Shown: positions 47,574-56,798 of the stretch, piece by piece
Numbering within the stretch: the first letter of the stretch is position 1
Layout: each line of letters begins with the position of its first letter
Virus record (IMG/VR): IMGVR_UViG_3300020204_000022
Location: 8,555-72,554 of that record
Origin: a virus
Length of the DNA: 64,000 nucleotides
Reading direction: 5' to 3' (one strand)
Notes under the pieces: generated by a model
Seen by the model: the letters and a program-made list of their open reading frames with translations, nothing else
Databases searched by the model: none
Told to the model about the DNA's origin: nothing
Program-made: the position numbers and the translations under genes

Positions 47574-48602
47574 ATGAAACACCTTATTTCTTTTCGGGTT
47601 TATGAATCCAGAATCCCTCCTAGTTTGACCCCAGAACAGGAGGCTTTCCTGAATCGTTACATAAGAAAAGGAGGAAACTGGAGCGTGAATCCAACAACAG
47701 GTCTTGTTGACATCCAGGGTGATTTCTTTCCAGATAATGATGGATTGAAAAATTTTTTAGGAATTAAATTTGGAAATGTAACTGGGAATTTTTATTGTGC
47801 CGGAAACCAACTCCAATCCCTGGAAGGAGCACCACAGGAAGTTGGTGGGTTTTTTTGTTGTAAAGGCAACAATCTCAAATCTCTGGAAGGAGCACCACAG
47901 GAAGTTGTTGGGGATTTTGATTGTAGGTATAATCAACTTCAAACCCTGAAAGGATCACCACGGGAAGTTGGTGGGAGTTTCAATTGTTCCTCCAACGATC
48001 TCAAATCCCTGGCAGGAGCACCACGGGAAGTTGGTAGGGATTTCGATTTTTCCGAGAACAAAATCCAATCCCTTAAAGGAAAACCACAGGAAGTTGGTGG
48101 GGATTTTATTTGTTCCTACAACGAACTCCAATCACTGGAAGGAGCACCACGGGAAGTTTATGGGAATTTTAAATGTGGCGGAAACCAACTCCAATCCCTG
48201 GAGGGAGCACCAGAGAAAGTTTATGGGGATTTTTGGTGTACCGGCAAAAAAAACGGCATCAAACTCCAATCCCTGATAGGAGTACCAAAACAGATAAATG
48301 GTGGTTTTTATTGTGATAAATTCGAGTTAGTTCCGGGTGAATGGAGCATGGAAGCATGTGGTAAAATCTTAGGATCTGAAAAACATAGCCAAAAGGCAAA
48401 GGAACTAATTCTAACACTTCCATTTTTCAATTCCACTTATTGGAATTCCAAAATTTCTGAAAATCCTGAATCAGCCATTCTTGAACTTTCAGAATTTTGG
48501 GACGACATGCTAGACAATGTCAGAAATTCAATTCGTATTCCTTCGAATTTAAAGGACGATTTCGAGAACTTGTTGGATCTGGTGAGGAAAGGAATCATGT
48601 GA
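47574..48602 (+). CDS. Leucine-rich-repeat-like protein (8 x 21-aa units) with leader motif, paralog 1
   Basis: Leader MKHLISFRVYE|SR. Repeats of the form F.C..N.LQSLEGAPQEVGGD. The C-terminal domain is shared with 48623..49636. GATACATATAG lies 3 nt before the ATG. Confidence 0.65.
   Translation: MKHLISFRVYESRIPPSLTPEQEAFLNRYIRKGGNWSVNPTTGLVDIQGDFFPDNDGLKNFLGIKFGNVTGNFYCAGNQLQSLEGAPQEVGGFFCCKGNNLKSLEGAPQEVVGDFDCRYNQLQTLKGSPREVGGSFNCSSNDLKSLAGAPREVGRDFDFSENKIQSLKGKPQEVGGDFICSYNELQSLEGAPREVYGNFKCGGNQLQSLEGAPEKVYGDFWCTGKKNGIKLQSLIGVPKQINGGFYCDKFELVPGEWSMEACGKILGSEKHSQKAKELILTLPFFNSTYWNSKISENPESAILELSEFWDDMLDNVRNSIRIPSNLKDDFENLLDLVRKGIM
47790..48325 (+). repeat. 63-bp coding repeat array (LRR-like units), paralog 1
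   Basis: Eight consecutive 21-codon units, F.C..N.LQSLEGAPQEV.G. Confidence 0.8.
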
Positions 48603-48609
48603 AATGTGA

Positions 48610-48619
48610 GCATATATAC
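48610..48619 (+). promoter_or_regulatory. GATATATA-type motif, short-spacer class
   Basis: GCATATATAC, 3 nt before ATG 48623. Confidence 0.45.
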
Positions 48620-48622
48620 AGC

Positions 48623-49636
48623 ATGAGACATCTCGTTCCCTTTCGGGTTTACGAATCTAAAAATACTTCTGGTTTGACTTCAGAACAGAAGGATTTTCTG
48701 AATCGTTACACACAAGGAACCTGGAGCGTGAATCCAACAACAGGTCTTGTTGACATTCAGGGGAAATTCTTTTTTAGAACCTACATTAACAAAGAAGCAA
48801 AAAGTTTTTTTGGAGTCAAATTTGGAAATGTAACTGAGGATTTTGATTGTTTGTACACTCAACTCGAATCTCTTGAAGGAGCACCACAGAAAGTTGATGG
48901 GAATTTTGTATGTTCCGACAACGGACTCCAATCCCTGGCAGGAGCCCCGCAGAAAGTTTTTGGAGATTTTAATTGTTCCGACAACGGACTCCAATCCCTG
49001 GCAGGAGCACCACAGGAAGTTGGTGGGGATTTTAATTGTTCCTTCAACCAACTCCAATCCCTGGAAGGAGCACCACGGAAAATTGATGGGGATTTTGATT
49101 GTTCCTACAACCAACTCCAATCCCTGGCAGGAGCCCCGCAGAAAGTTTTTGGAGATTTTAATTGTTCCGACAACGGACTCCAATCCCTGGCAGGAGCACC
49201 ACAGAAGGTTGATGGGTATTTTCGTTGTTATGAAAACCAACTCCAATCGCTAGAAGGAGCACCACTGAAAGTTGGTGGGGATTTTTTTTGTTACGGCAAC
49301 AAACTCCAATCCCTGGCAGGAGCACCACAAGAAATTGGTGGTGAATTTCAGTGTGATGAATTCCAATTAGATCCGGGCGAATGGAACATGGATGGATGGC
49401 TGGAAGTTCTAGAAAATGGATCCGAAGAGGCAAAGAAACTAATTATAACACTTCCCTATTTGGATTCAAACTTCTGGAATTCCAAAATTTCCCAAAATCC
49501 CGAATCAACAATTATTGAACTTTCAGAATTTTGGGACGATTTGCCAGATGAGTTTAGAAATTCAATTCGAATTCCTTCAGATCTGAGGGACGATTTTGAG
49601 AACTTGTTGGAACTGGTGAGATCCGGGATCATGTGA
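48623..49636 (+). CDS. Leucine-rich-repeat-like protein (8 x 21-aa units) with leader motif, paralog 2
   Basis: The in-frame ATG at 48623 (MRHLVPFRVYE|SK) aligns with the paralog 1 start. GCATATATAC lies 3 nt upstream. The tracked start at 48497 overlaps paralog 1. Confidence 0.65.
   Translation: MRHLVPFRVYESKNTSGLTSEQKDFLNRYTQGTWSVNPTTGLVDIQGKFFFRTYINKEAKSFFGVKFGNVTEDFDCLYTQLESLEGAPQKVDGNFVCSDNGLQSLAGAPQKVFGDFNCSDNGLQSLAGAPQEVGGDFNCSFNQLQSLEGAPRKIDGDFDCSYNQLQSLAGAPQKVFGDFNCSDNGLQSLAGAPQKVDGYFRCYENQLQSLEGAPLKVGGDFFCYGNKLQSLAGAPQEIGGEFQCDEFQLDPGEWNMDGWLEVLENGSEEAKKLIITLPYLDSNFWNSKISQNPESTIIELSEFWDDLPDEFRNSIRIPSDLRDDFENLLELVRSGIM
48839..49366 (+). repeat. 63-bp coding repeat array (LRR-like units), paralog 2, with an internal identical ~90-nt duplication
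   Basis: 48926..49014 and 49115..49203 are identical by eye, offset by 189 nt (3 units). Confidence 0.8.
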
Positions 49637-49643
49637 AATACGA

Positions 49644-49653
49644 AGATATATAA
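49644..49653 (+). promoter_or_regulatory. GATATATA-type conserved upstream motif
   Basis: AGATATATAA, 14 nt before ATG 49668. Confidence 0.5.
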
Positions 49654-49667
49654 AAAAAACAAAAAAA

Positions 49668-50012
49668 ATGAATACACATTTAAAAAAATTTACAACCTTC
49701 TTGAATGAAAACGAATTCCATAAAATCCCAGAAGAAGCTTTTTCCAAAATTTTAGAAGAAATGAAAAAATCTGGAAGAGTTGCAATAGATCTTTACACAA
49801 ATTTCCCTAAATTCCCTGAAGGGTTTTTAAACGGATTAAAGAAACAAGCTCAAAAAGAGGGTACAACTTTAGAAGGAATATTAGATGATAAGATAAAACA
49901 AGATCCTACTCTCTTATATTATTTGAACGACTTTCCAGAAATAAAACAACAAGTTCTGGATAGAACTGGGGAAGATGATTTGTCTGTCGTAGGCTTTCTT
50001 TTGGATAAATAA
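49668..50012 (+). CDS. Hypothetical protein with leader motif
   Basis: MNTHLKKFTTFLNE|NE. AGATATATAA lies 14 nt upstream. Confidence 0.5.
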   Translation: MNTHLKKFTTFLNENEFHKIPEEAFSKILEEMKKSGRVAIDLYTNFPKFPEGFLNGLKKQAQKEGTTLEGILDDKIKQDPTLLYYLNDFPEIKQQVLDRTGEDDLSVVGFLLDK

Positions 50013-50040
50013 TCAGAAATTATAGAATAGAAAACAGAAT

Positions 50041-50886
50041 ATGGAAATAAAAGAAAAACTTGTTTCAACCAAAAGAAAATTCAAATGTTTGGTTTATAGA
50101 GAAAAGGCTGGTCGAAGAAGTCCTTGGACATGTAATTTTTATATCGGTTGTTCTAATGGATGTACCTATTGTTGCTGCTCTTACATTTTGAAACATAATT
50201 GGGACACTAAGGTAAATTTGATTAGACATTTCGAAAACGAAGATCATGCTTTAAAAATTTTTGAAGGAGAGGTCAGAGAAAATTTAGAATCTCTCCGCTC
50301 TAGAGGTAGACTTTTTTTTTCTTTGACAACAGATGCCATGTTACCTGAAACCAAAGAATTAACATACGGGGCTATGAAAATTTGTCACGACTTAGATATT
50401 CCTTTCAAGGTTTTGACGAAGTGCACAAAGTGGGTTGATGATAAATTTATTCAGGAATTCAAAAATCATGGAACTGTGTGGGGACAGCAGCCAAAGATGG
50501 ATCTGTTCGCGTTCGGGTTTTCTCTAACTGGTCAAGATCAGGTTGAGATTGGAACAGATTCCAATGAAGAAAGAATACAGGCATTGATAAAAATAAACAA
50601 ATTAGGATTTAAAACCTTTGCGAGTTTCGAGCCTGTTATCGATTTCAATTCAACTTTGAATATGATTTCAAAATCTCATGAACATATAGATTTTATGAGG
50701 GTCGGTTTACTGAACGGCCCCACCCGAAATAAGAACATAAATTTGGAAGCAATGGAAAACTTTTTTTCGAGTGTCATGAATAAAATTGGGGATGTCCCAG
50801 TTTATTGGGGAGATTCAATTTTAATTGGTTTAGGTAAGAGAAGAGAAGATCTTCCTGGAAATTGTGTTGTTGAAGAAATTTTCTGA
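50041..50886 (+). CDS. Radical SAM protein (SplB / DNA-repair-photolyase-like)
   Basis: CNFYIGCSNGCTYC carries the Cx3Cx2C cluster in the context typical of COG1533-type radical SAM enzymes. Confidence 0.7.
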   Translation: MEIKEKLVSTKRKFKCLVYREKAGRRSPWTCNFYIGCSNGCTYCCCSYILKHNWDTKVNLIRHFENEDHALKIFEGEVRENLESLRSRGRLFFSLTTDAMLPETKELTYGAMKICHDLDIPFKVLTKCTKWVDDKFIQEFKNHGTVWGQQPKMDLFAFGFSLTGQDQVEIGTDSNEERIQALIKINKLGFKTFASFEPVIDFNSTLNMISKSHEHIDFMRVGLLNGPTRNKNINLEAMENFFSSVMNKIGDVPVYWGDSILIGLGKRREDLPGNCVVEEIF

Positions 50887-51458
50887 TGTCAAAGGTAGAA
50901 TTGATGTACGATGAAGCTCTCAAATGGAAATCTTTTGGGATTGATTCTTTCGTAATGAGGGTAGAAGCCGAATTGGGAAGTAAGAAACTTTCCAAAAAAT
51001 TCGTGAAGTTGAATTCAGAAATGTTACTTTCTAAAGAAAATATTCCAAGCGACGTTAATTTCTTTGGAATTTTTCTTCAAAATTCTGATTTAATTTGTTT
51101 GGATATAGAACATCTCCCATCCGGTTCTGTCCAAAATTTCTTTTTCTTTTTGGAAAGAGTGGGATTAAATCCAGACACATTTCTGATTGAAAATTCACTG
51201 AATGGAGGACTCCATATTTTCTTTAGAAATACAGGAACCAAATTAGAAACCAAACATTTTTTGCAATATGATGGGATAGGGTTCGATGTTCTGACTAAAG
51301 ATAGAGTTTTTACCTCTCCATCTTTCTTTAAATCCAAAAAATATGAATGGTGGAACGGAGGTATAAAAGAGTTTACATCAAAAGAAGATATCCCTATTAT
51401 TCCTTTACCTCTTTTAGAGATGATACAGAAATCTGAGTGTTGGAAAATCAAAAAATAA
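50886..51458 (+). CDS. Primase-polymerase (bifunctional prim-pol N-terminal domain)-like protein
   Basis: LICLDIEH (acidic motif I), NGGLHIFF (sGGxH motif II) and GFDVLTKDRVFTSPS (motif III). The start ATG overlaps the radical SAM stop by 1 nt. Confidence 0.5.
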   Translation: MSKVELMYDEALKWKSFGIDSFVMRVEAELGSKKLSKKFVKLNSEMLLSKENIPSDVNFFGIFLQNSDLICLDIEHLPSGSVQNFFFFLERVGLNPDTFLIENSLNGGLHIFFRNTGTKLETKHFLQYDGIGFDVLTKDRVFTSPSFFKSKKYEWWNGGIKEFTSKEDIPIIPLPLLEMIQKSECWKIKK

Positions 51459-51476
51459 AATTTTGAATTATTTCTA

Positions 51477-51486
51477 AGATATATAA
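51477..51486 (+). promoter_or_regulatory. GATATATA-type conserved upstream motif
   Basis: AGATATATAA, 13 nt before ATG 51500. Confidence 0.5.
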
Positions 51487-51499
51487 AAAAATTGAAAAA

Positions 51500-53143
51500 A
51501 TGTTAACTTACATACATAACTTTTCAAATTGGAAAAATTACAAATCCGAAGGATATCTTGTTGAAAATGTAGATGCAGCAAAGTCTTTCATGGTGAAGAA
51601 ACTAGCCAGGGAAAAAGAAATAGCACCATCTGATTTGTCACCTGAGGATAAAAAAAAGGCCTTAGAAAACAAACAGTTTCTCGAAATTATGGATTTAGTA
51701 AAAGACATGACAGGTTATGCACTTCCCATGGTTAAATTTCATTTCGACCAAGAAATTCCTATTGGATTTCGGAATGAAATTAACAATTTCGATCCAGAAA
51801 AATTCTTCGGAGATGACGAGCAAAACCGAAGAGAAATAAGTAACATTAGCCAACTTCTTGGTTGGCTGAAAACGAGAAAAGTTTTGATCGAGAGATTGCC
51901 TATGTCAGTAGATCAGTATGCTTCTCGACCGACAGAACCAGGTCAAATCAATGGATTTGAATCACTAGCAGATGCAATTAGAACTGTGGAATTGAACCAA
52001 AAAGGAAAATATTTTATAGACAGATTAACCGAAAAATACAAAAAACAATTCAAACAGCTCTCCCCAGAAAAACAACAGGCTTTATACGACATAGGAAATT
52101 CTTTCAGAAAATTCGATATGGAAGCAGCAGCAATTGGAAAGGAAAAAAAAGAATTTCCATCGAATTCTTTCATTTCAAAAATCAAAGCATATGAAAAAGT
52201 AGTAGATATCGAAGGTTTTATTCTAAAAGCTCAAGCTAATTTGAAATCTCTGAATAATGCATCTTATCAAGATATCATAGAAAAAATCAGATCTCTTTCA
52301 CCCCAGGTTGGAATTGTATATGACGAACCCCCCTATTTGGTTTTGTCTTGTAGAACAGAACAAGCACAGATAGATTTATGTTCTATAGCCAACTGGTGTA
52401 TAAATAATGGTAGATGGGGTTCATATGCAGGAAACGTAAACAATCCGGGGATCCAAATCAACATTTTCAATCTTGATTTGCCTGTATCTGATGTTCATTA
52501 TTTAACTGGAACTACTATTACATACGATGGAAGAGTTACTCATTCTTCTGATAAAAACAATAATAATATCTTTCATGCAGATTCAAGAAAATCCATATAC
52601 GACCATTTCAAAGGTTTAGGTTACCCAGAAGATCTTTGTAAAACTTTAGAGTACGTAATTCCGATTGAAATCATGACGAAAAAAACTTTAGAGAAAATAA
52701 AAGCAATTGGTAAAAAAAGTGCCAATAAAAACAATGCTCTGGGAAAAGCTCTATGGGATGTTGCAGGGCAAAAATTAGATAGGATGATTTTACAAGAAGA
52801 ATGGAACGGAATTTTAGACGTTGTTGCCGAAGTACTTCAATCAGAGGACGGACAATTATTTAATTCTCTTAAAAAAATATATTTAGAAGCTGGGGTTCAT
52901 AGTTTAGCATCTTTATCTATTTTTGAACAATTCATTTTTCCAAAACTAACACAAGATGAAAAGCAACAAGTTTTGGTAGCAACTGATAAAATTTTTAAAC
53001 AGTTCCAAGGCCTACAAAGAATATGGAAAAATACAGGGATTAATCAATCCCAAGATGAAATCCAAATTAAGTTAGAAACTACTTTAGCATTGTTAGATCA
53101 TGAAAAAGAAGTAAAAGATTCTCTGAAAATATTGATCGGGTGA
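51500..53143 (+). CDS. Hypothetical 547-aa protein with leader motif, tandem paralog 1
   Basis: MLTYIHNFSNWKNYKSE|GY. AGATATATAA lies 13 nt upstream. Long identity blocks with 53165..54823. Confidence 0.55.
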   Translation: MLTYIHNFSNWKNYKSEGYLVENVDAAKSFMVKKLAREKEIAPSDLSPEDKKKALENKQFLEIMDLVKDMTGYALPMVKFHFDQEIPIGFRNEINNFDPEKFFGDDEQNRREISNISQLLGWLKTRKVLIERLPMSVDQYASRPTEPGQINGFESLADAIRTVELNQKGKYFIDRLTEKYKKQFKQLSPEKQQALYDIGNSFRKFDMEAAAIGKEKKEFPSNSFISKIKAYEKVVDIEGFILKAQANLKSLNNASYQDIIEKIRSLSPQVGIVYDEPPYLVLSCRTEQAQIDLCSIANWCINNGRWGSYAGNVNNPGIQINIFNLDLPVSDVHYLTGTTITYDGRVTHSSDKNNNNIFHADSRKSIYDHFKGLGYPEDLCKTLEYVIPIEIMTKKTLEKIKAIGKKSANKNNALGKALWDVAGQKLDRMILQEEWNGILDVVAEVLQSEDGQLFNSLKKIYLEAGVHSLASLSIFEQFIFPKLTQDEKQQVLVATDKIFKQFQGLQRIWKNTGINQSQDEIQIKLETTLALLDHEKEVKDSLKILIG

Positions 53144-53152
53144 TAGAAAATA

Positions 53153-53162
53153 ATACATATAA
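53153..53162 (+). promoter_or_regulatory. GATATATA-type motif variant, short-spacer class
   Basis: ATACATATAA, 2 nt before ATG 53165. Confidence 0.4.
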
Positions 53163-53164
53163 AT

Positions 53165-54823
53165 ATGTTAACTTACATACATAACTTTTCGAATTGGAAA
53201 AATTACAAAACAGAGGGATATCTCGTTGAAAATGTAGATGCAGCAAAGTCTTTCATGGTGAAGAGACTAGCCCGGGGGAAAGAAATAGCACCAGCTGATT
53301 TAACAGAAGAGGATAAAAAAAAGGCCCTGGAAAACAAACAGTTTCTCGAAATTATGGAGCTGACAAAAGACATGACAGGTTATGCACTTCCCATGGTTAA
53401 ATTTCATTTCAACCAGGAAATTCCCATCGGATTTCGGAATGAAATCAACAATTTCGATTCAGAAAAATTTTTCGGAGATGACGAGCAAAATCAAAGAGAA
53501 ATAAGTAGCATCAGTCAACTTCTTGGTTGGCTAAAAACTAGAAAAGTTTTGATCGAAAGATTGCCTATGTCAGTAGATCAGTATGCTTCTAGACCGACAG
53601 AACAAGGTCAGATTACTGGATTTGAATCACTAGCAGATGCAATTAGAACTGTGGAATTGAACCAAAAAGGAAAATATTTTATAGACAGATTAACCGAAAA
53701 ATACAAAAAACAATTCAAACAGCTCTCCCCAGAAAAACAACAGGCTTTATACGACTTAGGAAATTCTTTCAGAAAATTCGATATGGAAGCCGCAAAAATT
53801 GGCACCTACAAAGATAAATTGCCATCAAACGTTTTCCTACAAAAACTCAAAGCCTATGAACGAGAAGTAGATATTGAAGGTTTCATTCTAAAAGCTGAAA
53901 ACACTCTAAAAGCTCTCAATGATTCATCTTATCAAGAAATTATAGAAAAAATCAGATCTCTTTCACCCCAGGTTGGAATTGTATATGACGAACCCCCCTA
54001 TTTGGTTTTGTCTTGTAGAACAGAACAAGCACAAAAAGATTTATGTGCTATAGCCAACTGGTGTATAAATAGAGGCTATTGGGGTTCATATGCAGGAAAC
54101 CAAAGTGATCCAGGACTCCAAATCAACATTTTCAATCTTGATTTGCCTGTATCTGATGTTTATTATCTCACTGGAACTACTATCAAATATAATGGAAGAG
54201 TTACTGCTTCACATGATAAAAATGACCGTAGAATTATGCATCAAAATTCAGAAAAATCCATATACCACCATTTTAAAGGTTTAGGTTACCCAGAAGATCT
54301 TTGTAAAACTTTAGAGTACGTAATTCCGATTGAAATCATGACGAAAAAAACTTTAGAGAAAATAAAAGCAATTGGTAAAAAAAGTGCCAATAAAAACAAT
54401 GTATTGGGAAGAGCTCTATGGGATGTTGCAGGGCAAAATTTGGGTGGGAATATTTCACAAGAAGAATGGAACGGCATTTTAGGAGTTGTTACTGAAGTAC
54501 TCGAATCCGAGAACGGACAATTATTGAATTCTCTTAAAGAAGTATATTTAAAATCCGGAGTTCACAGTTTAGCATCTTTATCTATTTTTAAAGAATTCAT
54601 TTTGCCCAAATTAACACCAGATGAAAAGCTAGAAATATTGGAATCAACAGATAAAGTTTTTGCCCTAATACAAAAAGCAAAAGAGAGATTTGGAGAAACC
54701 TCACAAAATAAACAAAGTACAGGGGAAAGCGATGAAACCAGACAAAGAGTGGAGGCAGTTATAGCCTTGGCAAAGGATGAAGATGAAGTGAAAGATTCCG
54801 TTACAAGATTGGTGGGGTTATAA
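53165..54823 (+). CDS. Hypothetical 552-aa protein with leader motif, tandem paralog 2
   Basis: The first 20 residues are nearly identical to paralog 1. ATACATATAA lies 2 nt before the ATG. Confidence 0.55.
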   Translation: MLTYIHNFSNWKNYKTEGYLVENVDAAKSFMVKRLARGKEIAPADLTEEDKKKALENKQFLEIMELTKDMTGYALPMVKFHFNQEIPIGFRNEINNFDSEKFFGDDEQNQREISSISQLLGWLKTRKVLIERLPMSVDQYASRPTEQGQITGFESLADAIRTVELNQKGKYFIDRLTEKYKKQFKQLSPEKQQALYDLGNSFRKFDMEAAKIGTYKDKLPSNVFLQKLKAYEREVDIEGFILKAENTLKALNDSSYQEIIEKIRSLSPQVGIVYDEPPYLVLSCRTEQAQKDLCAIANWCINRGYWGSYAGNQSDPGLQINIFNLDLPVSDVYYLTGTTIKYNGRVTASHDKNDRRIMHQNSEKSIYHHFKGLGYPEDLCKTLEYVIPIEIMTKKTLEKIKAIGKKSANKNNVLGRALWDVAGQNLGGNISQEEWNGILGVVTEVLESENGQLLNSLKEVYLKSGVHSLASLSIFKEFILPKLTPDEKLEILESTDKVFALIQKAKERFGETSQNKQSTGESDETRQRVEAVIALAKDEDEVKDSVTRLVGL

Positions 54824-54873
54824 ACGGTAAAAAGGTAATTAATACGATTTATAAATTGTCCAAAGGAATAAGT

Positions 54874-55479
54874 TTACAATATTTGACTTGCTAACAATTC
54901 AGCCATAGAGGTTGAACCAGTTCTTTCTATATCTTGTGACATCATTTGATAAATTTTCGGACCCATATTTTCATTTCCCCTTATTCTTCTTTCTTCAAAC
55001 CTAACAAAATTTCCGAAACCATAATCAGTGAGAGTTTCTAAAGCAAATGTGTTTGCATCTTCTTCTAGAATTCTATAATTTGTTAAAAATTGTTGTTCAT
55101 TTCCATCCACAACTGTTTGAAAATATTGAGGCTCAAATATTCCATCGGAATATTGATCACAGTGTCTTGATTCGTGTAAGGCTATGAATGCTTTTATATG
55201 AGGAGGTCCTAAAGCTTTGCTATTTATACAAACGTCTTCTCCGTAAAAAAATACTCCTAATATTGGAAATTGGGTTTCGAATGGGAAAAAATGGATTTTG
55301 AAATTTGGTCTTTCCTGTGTCCAAAGTTCTGTGTATCTTTCCCCCTCATTTTCATTTAAACCTATTCTTCTTGTGAATTCCGAAATGTCTATAGCAGGTG
55401 GTAATGAAGAAAGAATTTCAAATTCTTGACTTGATTCGTTGATTTTGTTGAATGATAGGTAATTTCTAACGTGTTTCAT
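54874..55479 (-). CDS. Putative HExxH metallopeptidase-like protein with leader motif
   Basis: The in-frame ATG at 55479 gives MKHVRNYLSFNKINE|SS. AFIALHESRHC contains HExxH. Last gene of the minus-strand operon. Confidence 0.5.
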   Translation of the reverse strand: MKHVRNYLSFNKINESSQEFEILSSLPPAIDISEFTRRIGLNENEGERYTELWTQERPNFKIHFFPFETQFPILGVFFYGEDVCINSKALGPPHIKAFIALHESRHCDQYSDGIFEPQYFQTVVDGNEQQFLTNYRILEEDANTFALETLTDYGFGNFVRFEERRIRGNENMGPKIYQMMSQDIERTGSTSMAELLASQIL

Positions 55480-55490
55480 GTTTGAAAATT

Positions 55491-55769
55491 TTATTCCCAG
55501 TCTATATCTACTGCTCCTGCAAATCCAGATCCATGTTGCATTTGTGCTCCTCTTTGTTCTGTTGGCATGAGCCAATCCAATTTGTCAGCCGCTGTTGCTA
55601 AATTTAGTAGGCAATCGGCCAATTCTTTACCTTTCTCTTCTCCGAGAATCCTATTCAGCTCTTGTTTAACTTCTGGCATGACCAAAATTCTTTTGGTGTT
55701 TTTAGCCTCCCCTTGTTGGATAAGATTAATCATTTTTCTTTTTTCAATCTCGGTCATCAATTTTTTCAT
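55491..55769 (-). CDS. Hypothetical small protein
   Basis: 92 codons. ATGA overlap with the upstream gene in the operon. Confidence 0.45.
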   Translation of the reverse strand: MKKLMTEIEKRKMINLIQQGEAKNTKRILVMPEVKQELNRILGEEKGKELADCLLNLATAADKLDWLMPTEQRGAQMQHGSGFAGAVDIDWE

Positions 55770-56791
55770 GTCATCGGGTTATTTTTCAAGAAATCTAGTA
55801 CTTGTTTCAAAGTTGCAAAATCATTTTCTTCTTTAGCTTTTCTTACAATTTCTTTCAATTGTTCTCGATTCATTGTAGAGAAATTTCTTGGGATTTCTTC
55901 CCCTTTTTCGGCAGCAAGATATTCATCATAAGCCTCCTGTTTCTTTCTATACTCTTCTTCCTGTGCTTGATATTCATATTCTTGTTTTAACCATAAATCT
56001 CTTTCTCCTACTCTTTCAATTACAACATCGATTAGTTCATCAATTTGTTTTCTGGCGGTTGGAGTTTTATCCAAAATACCAGACATCAAATTTAAAAACT
56101 CTTCTGAGGGTAGAACTTGTGGATTGATCATGTATCTCCAAAGTTCTTCAGCGAGGTTGTCGTAAATTTCAACTTTGGGGTTTACAAAAATAAAATCTTT
56201 CAGATCTTTTGCTACTTCAGGTCCATATCTCCATTCATCAGGTTCATCAGAAAGCCTAAATTGTGATTCGACTGCTGCATCGAGTTCTCTGTCCCCAGAC
56301 TCAGCATTCTGTGACAAAGCCCTCCAAATTCCCTTCACAGTTTCGTGGATCAACATTGAAAAATCCGCTCCTCTTGCCCTAATAACAGCTCTTGTTTTCC
56401 CTGGAGGTGGACCTTCGTTGGCATCTGTCTTCCTGAAGCCCGAATCGATAAATCTTCTCATTTCTGGACCTGTTGACATTTTTATGTCCAACTTTATGTC
56501 ATAAAAATCCAAAATGGGTTTATATAACTTGGTAATTACTCGTGTGGCTAAATCTTCCAATTCCTTTTCGTGACCCCGAGAAAGTTGCTCAGATCTAGAA
56601 AAATTATACATCATTTCCGAACCTGCTTGTCCTGCTCCGTATCCCCCCTCTGGCTGATTGGCTATATCTAATCTCGTCTTGGCCCTCTGAGTAATTGAAT
56701 CCAAATAACCCTTAGGAATTGAAGTCATGTCCTTTACCCTAACTGCTTCGTTAAATGACAAGAAAGAATAAATTCTATTTGTTTTTGACAT
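55766..56791 (-). CDS. Hypothetical 341-aa protein with leader motif
   Basis: MSKTNRIYSFLSFNE|AV. Starts 7 nt after the Clp-like gene stop. Acidic, helical C-terminus. Confidence 0.55.
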   Translation of the reverse strand: MSKTNRIYSFLSFNEAVRVKDMTSIPKGYLDSITQRAKTRLDIANQPEGGYGAGQAGSEMMYNFSRSEQLSRGHEKELEDLATRVITKLYKPILDFYDIKLDIKMSTGPEMRRFIDSGFRKTDANEGPPPGKTRAVIRARGADFSMLIHETVKGIWRALSQNAESGDRELDAAVESQFRLSDEPDEWRYGPEVAKDLKDFIFVNPKVEIYDNLAEELWRYMINPQVLPSEEFLNLMSGILDKTPTARKQIDELIDVVIERVGERDLWLKQEYEYQAQEEEYRKKQEAYDEYLAAEKGEEIPRNFSTMNREQLKEIVRKAKEENDFATLKQVLDFLKNNPMT

Positions 56792-56798
56792 CTGTTTT

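Noticed and set aside
48680-49253. A long antisense ORF (48680..49246, 188 aa) and an alternative-frame ORF (48843..49253, 136 aa) inside LRR paralog 2.
   Set aside because: They are artefacts of the 63-bp periodic repeat, which propagates stop-free frames. Their translations are repeats of low-complexity text. They have no start context or upstream motif and lie entirely within a well-supported gene.
47790-49366. Regularly spaced ~63-bp repeats that could look like a CRISPR array.
   Set aside because: The units are contiguous with no unique spacers, are in frame, and encode 21-aa LRR-like units within two long ORFs. No cas genes are present.
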